From a virus (taxonomy: Duplodnaviria; Heunggongvirae; Uroviricota; Caudoviricetes), in IMG/VR virus record IMGVR_UViG_2645728048_000025: a stretch of DNA of 15,946 bases, one strand, 5' to 3'. The notes under the pieces are model-generated. The model saw only the letters and a program-made list of their open reading frames with translations. It searched no databases and was not told where the DNA came from. This document shows, piece by piece, positions 14,243-15,946 of this stretch (the stretch's first letter is position 1; each line of letters opens with the position of its first letter). Made by a program: the position numbers and the translations under genes.

Positions 14243-14257
14243 CTGCAGGGGACACCA
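14243..14257 (+). other. tRNA-derived fragment B (3' end CTGCAGGGGACACCA); candidate att copy or host junction
   Basis: Matches the 3'-terminal acceptor/T-stem sequence of argW as recalled, including the terminal CCA; the preceding bases AGATGTC look like a degenerate T-loop. Confidence 0.45.
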
Positions 14258-14645
14258 GATACCCTTCAAACGAAATCTACCTTCACCCCGTAAAAGATGG
14301 GTTTGGCAGCACACTTGCCTTATATCTACTCATTTTTACTGCAACAGGTTGAAATCTCAGCACTGTCAGAAAGCGCTGATGACTAAACAGCCCTGGGCCG
14401 GGCGATGTAACCATCACACAGAATCCTGATAGCGAAATATGGCGTGACTCGATACTTCACTCCGCAATGCATTCCTTGATGAATTCGCAGGACCGTGATA
14501 CACGGGACAGGTCACTGAATGACGACAATGTCCTGGAAATCAGCGAACCGCGCATCTGAAGTACATTTGAGCGACTGTACCAGAACATGAATGAGGCGTT
14601 TGGATTAGGCGATTATTAGCAGGGCTAAGCATTTTACTATTATTA

Positions 14646-14689
14646 TTTTCCGGTTGAGGGATATAGAGCTATCGACAACAACCGGAAAA
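14646..14689. repeat. 11-bp perfect inverted repeat TTTTCCGGTTG / CAACCGGAAAA with a 22-nt spacer, just downstream of the cscB stop
   Basis: Seen directly in the sequence; no U-tract follows the stem on either strand, so it is not a canonical intrinsic terminator. Confidence 0.4.
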
Positions 14690-14698
14690 AGTTTACGT

Positions 14699-15946
14699 CT
14701 ATATTGCTGAAGGTACAGGCGTTTCCATAACTATTTGCTCGCGTTTTTTACTCAAGAAGAAAATGCCAAATAGCAACATCAGGCAGACAATACCCGAAAT
14801 TGCGAAGAAAACTGTCTGGTAGCCTGCGTGGTCAAAGAGTATCCCAGTCGGCGTTGAAAGCAGCACAATCCCAAGCGAACTGGCAATTTGAAAACCAATC
14901 AGAAAGATCGTCGACGACAGGCGCTTATCAAAGTTTGCCACGCTGTATTTGAAGACGGATATGACACAAAGTGGAACCTCAATGGCATGTAACAACTTCA
15001 CTAATGAAATAATCCAGGGGTTAACGAACAGCGCGCAGGAAAGGATACGCAACGCCATAATCACAACTCCGATAAGTAATGCATTTTTTGGCTCTACCCG
15101 ATTCACAAAGAAAGGAATAATCGCCATGCACAGCGCTTCGAGTACCACCTGGAATGAGTTGAGATAACCATACAGGCGCGTTCCTACATCGTGTGATTCG
15201 AATAAACCTGCATAAAAGACAGGAAAAAGTTGTTGATCAAAAATGTTATAGAAAGACCACGTCCCCACAATAAATATGACGAAAACCCAGAAGTTTCGAT
15301 CCTTGAAAACTGCGATAAAATCCTCTTTTTTTACCCCTCCCGCATCTGCCGCTACGCACTGGTGATCCTTATCTTTAAAACGCATGTTGATCATCATAAA
15401 TACAGCGCCAAATAGCGAGACCAACCAGAAGTTGATATGGGGACTGATACTAAAAAATATGCCGGCAAAGAACGCGCCAATAGCATAGCCAAAAGATCCC
15501 CAGGCGCGCGCTGTTCCATATTCGAAATGAAAATTTCGCGCCATTTTTTCGGTGAAGCTATCAAGCAAACCGCATCCCGCCAGATACCCCAAGCCAAAAA
15601 ATAGCGCCCCCAGAATTAGACCTACAGAAAAATTGCTTTGCAGTAACGGTTCATAAACGTAAATCATAAACGGTCCGGTCAAGACCAGGATGAAACTCAT
15701 ACACCAGATGAGCGGTTTCTTCAGACCGAGTTTATCCTGAACGATGCCGTAGAACATCATAAATAGAATGCTGGTAAACTGGTTGACCGAATAAAGTGTA
15801 CCTAATTCCGTCCCTGTCAACCCTAGATGTCCTTTCAGCCAAATAGCGTATAACGACCACCACAGCGACCAGGAAATAAAAAAGAGAAATGAGTAACTGG
15901 ATGCAAAACGATAGTACGCATTTCTGAATGGAATATTCAGTGCCAT
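14699..15946 (-). CDS. cscB: LacY-family (MFS) oligosaccharide:H+ symporter, sucrose permease CscB-like (415 aa, complete)
   Basis: N-terminus MALNIPFRNAYYRFASSYSFLFFISWSLWWSLYAIWL and overall layout match LacY-family permeases, and to my recollection E. coli CscB specifically. The start codon is at the last base of the window. Confidence 0.8.
   Translation of the reverse strand: MALNIPFRNAYYRFASSYSFLFFISWSLWWSLYAIWLKGHLGLTGTELGTLYSVNQFTSILFMMFYGIVQDKLGLKKPLIWCMSFILVLTGPFMIYVYEPLLQSNFSVGLILGALFFGLGYLAGCGLLDSFTEKMARNFHFEYGTARAWGSFGYAIGAFFAGIFFSISPHINFWLVSLFGAVFMMINMRFKDKDHQCVAADAGGVKKEDFIAVFKDRNFWVFVIFIVGTWSFYNIFDQQLFPVFYAGLFESHDVGTRLYGYLNSFQVVLEALCMAIIPFFVNRVEPKNALLIGVVIMALRILSCALFVNPWIISLVKLLHAIEVPLCVISVFKYSVANFDKRLSSTIFLIGFQIASSLGIVLLSTPTGILFDHAGYQTVFFAISGIVCLMLLFGIFFLSKKREQIVMETPVPSAI

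Noticed and set aside
14949-15597. Plus-strand ORFs 14949..15167 and 15230..15415, and minus-strand 15394..15597
   Set aside because: Lie within or out of frame with the permease gene, which has a continuous 415-codon reading frame and a family-typical hydrophobic profile.
1-15946. CRISPR arrays, insertion sequences, rRNA genes
   Set aside because: No regularly spaced direct repeats with unique spacers, no transposase-like ORF with terminal inverted repeats, and no rRNA-like sequence were seen on reading the window.

Overview
This window is the early/immunity/replication core of a lambdoid (lambda/P22-mosaic) prophage in an Escherichia-like chromosome, ending at a host junction next to a LacY-family sucrose permease (cscB-like). 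All protein identifications are from reading the translations and motifs by eye and from recalled family knowledge; no database search was run. Minus strand, transcribed leftward from PR: cro, nutR, cII, O-like initiator with an internal ori, DnaB-like helicase, a tR2-like terminator, two unknown small genes, Lar-like, NinB, phage Dam-type methyltransferase, NinE, NinF-like, Rha/KilAC antirepressor, YbcO-like, RusA, a small ORF, and lambda-type Q (truncated at the window start). Plus strand: cI repressor followed by a small membrane protein, OL/PL, nutL, N-like antiterminator, an unknown 80-aa gene, a terminator, cIII-like, a coupled small ORF, a single-strand annealing recombinase, SSB with a C-terminal extension, a block of seven uncharacterised genes, a terminator, then tRNA-derived att-like fragments around an AlpA/Xis-like gene. 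The operators, promoters, nut sites, CII-binding motif, ori and OOP-like terminator are readable directly in the sequence. Best candidates for an undescribed function are the lysogen-expressed membrane protein beside cI, the moron slot after the tR2-like terminator, and the uncharacterised gene block 11365-13837; none has a demonstrated function here.
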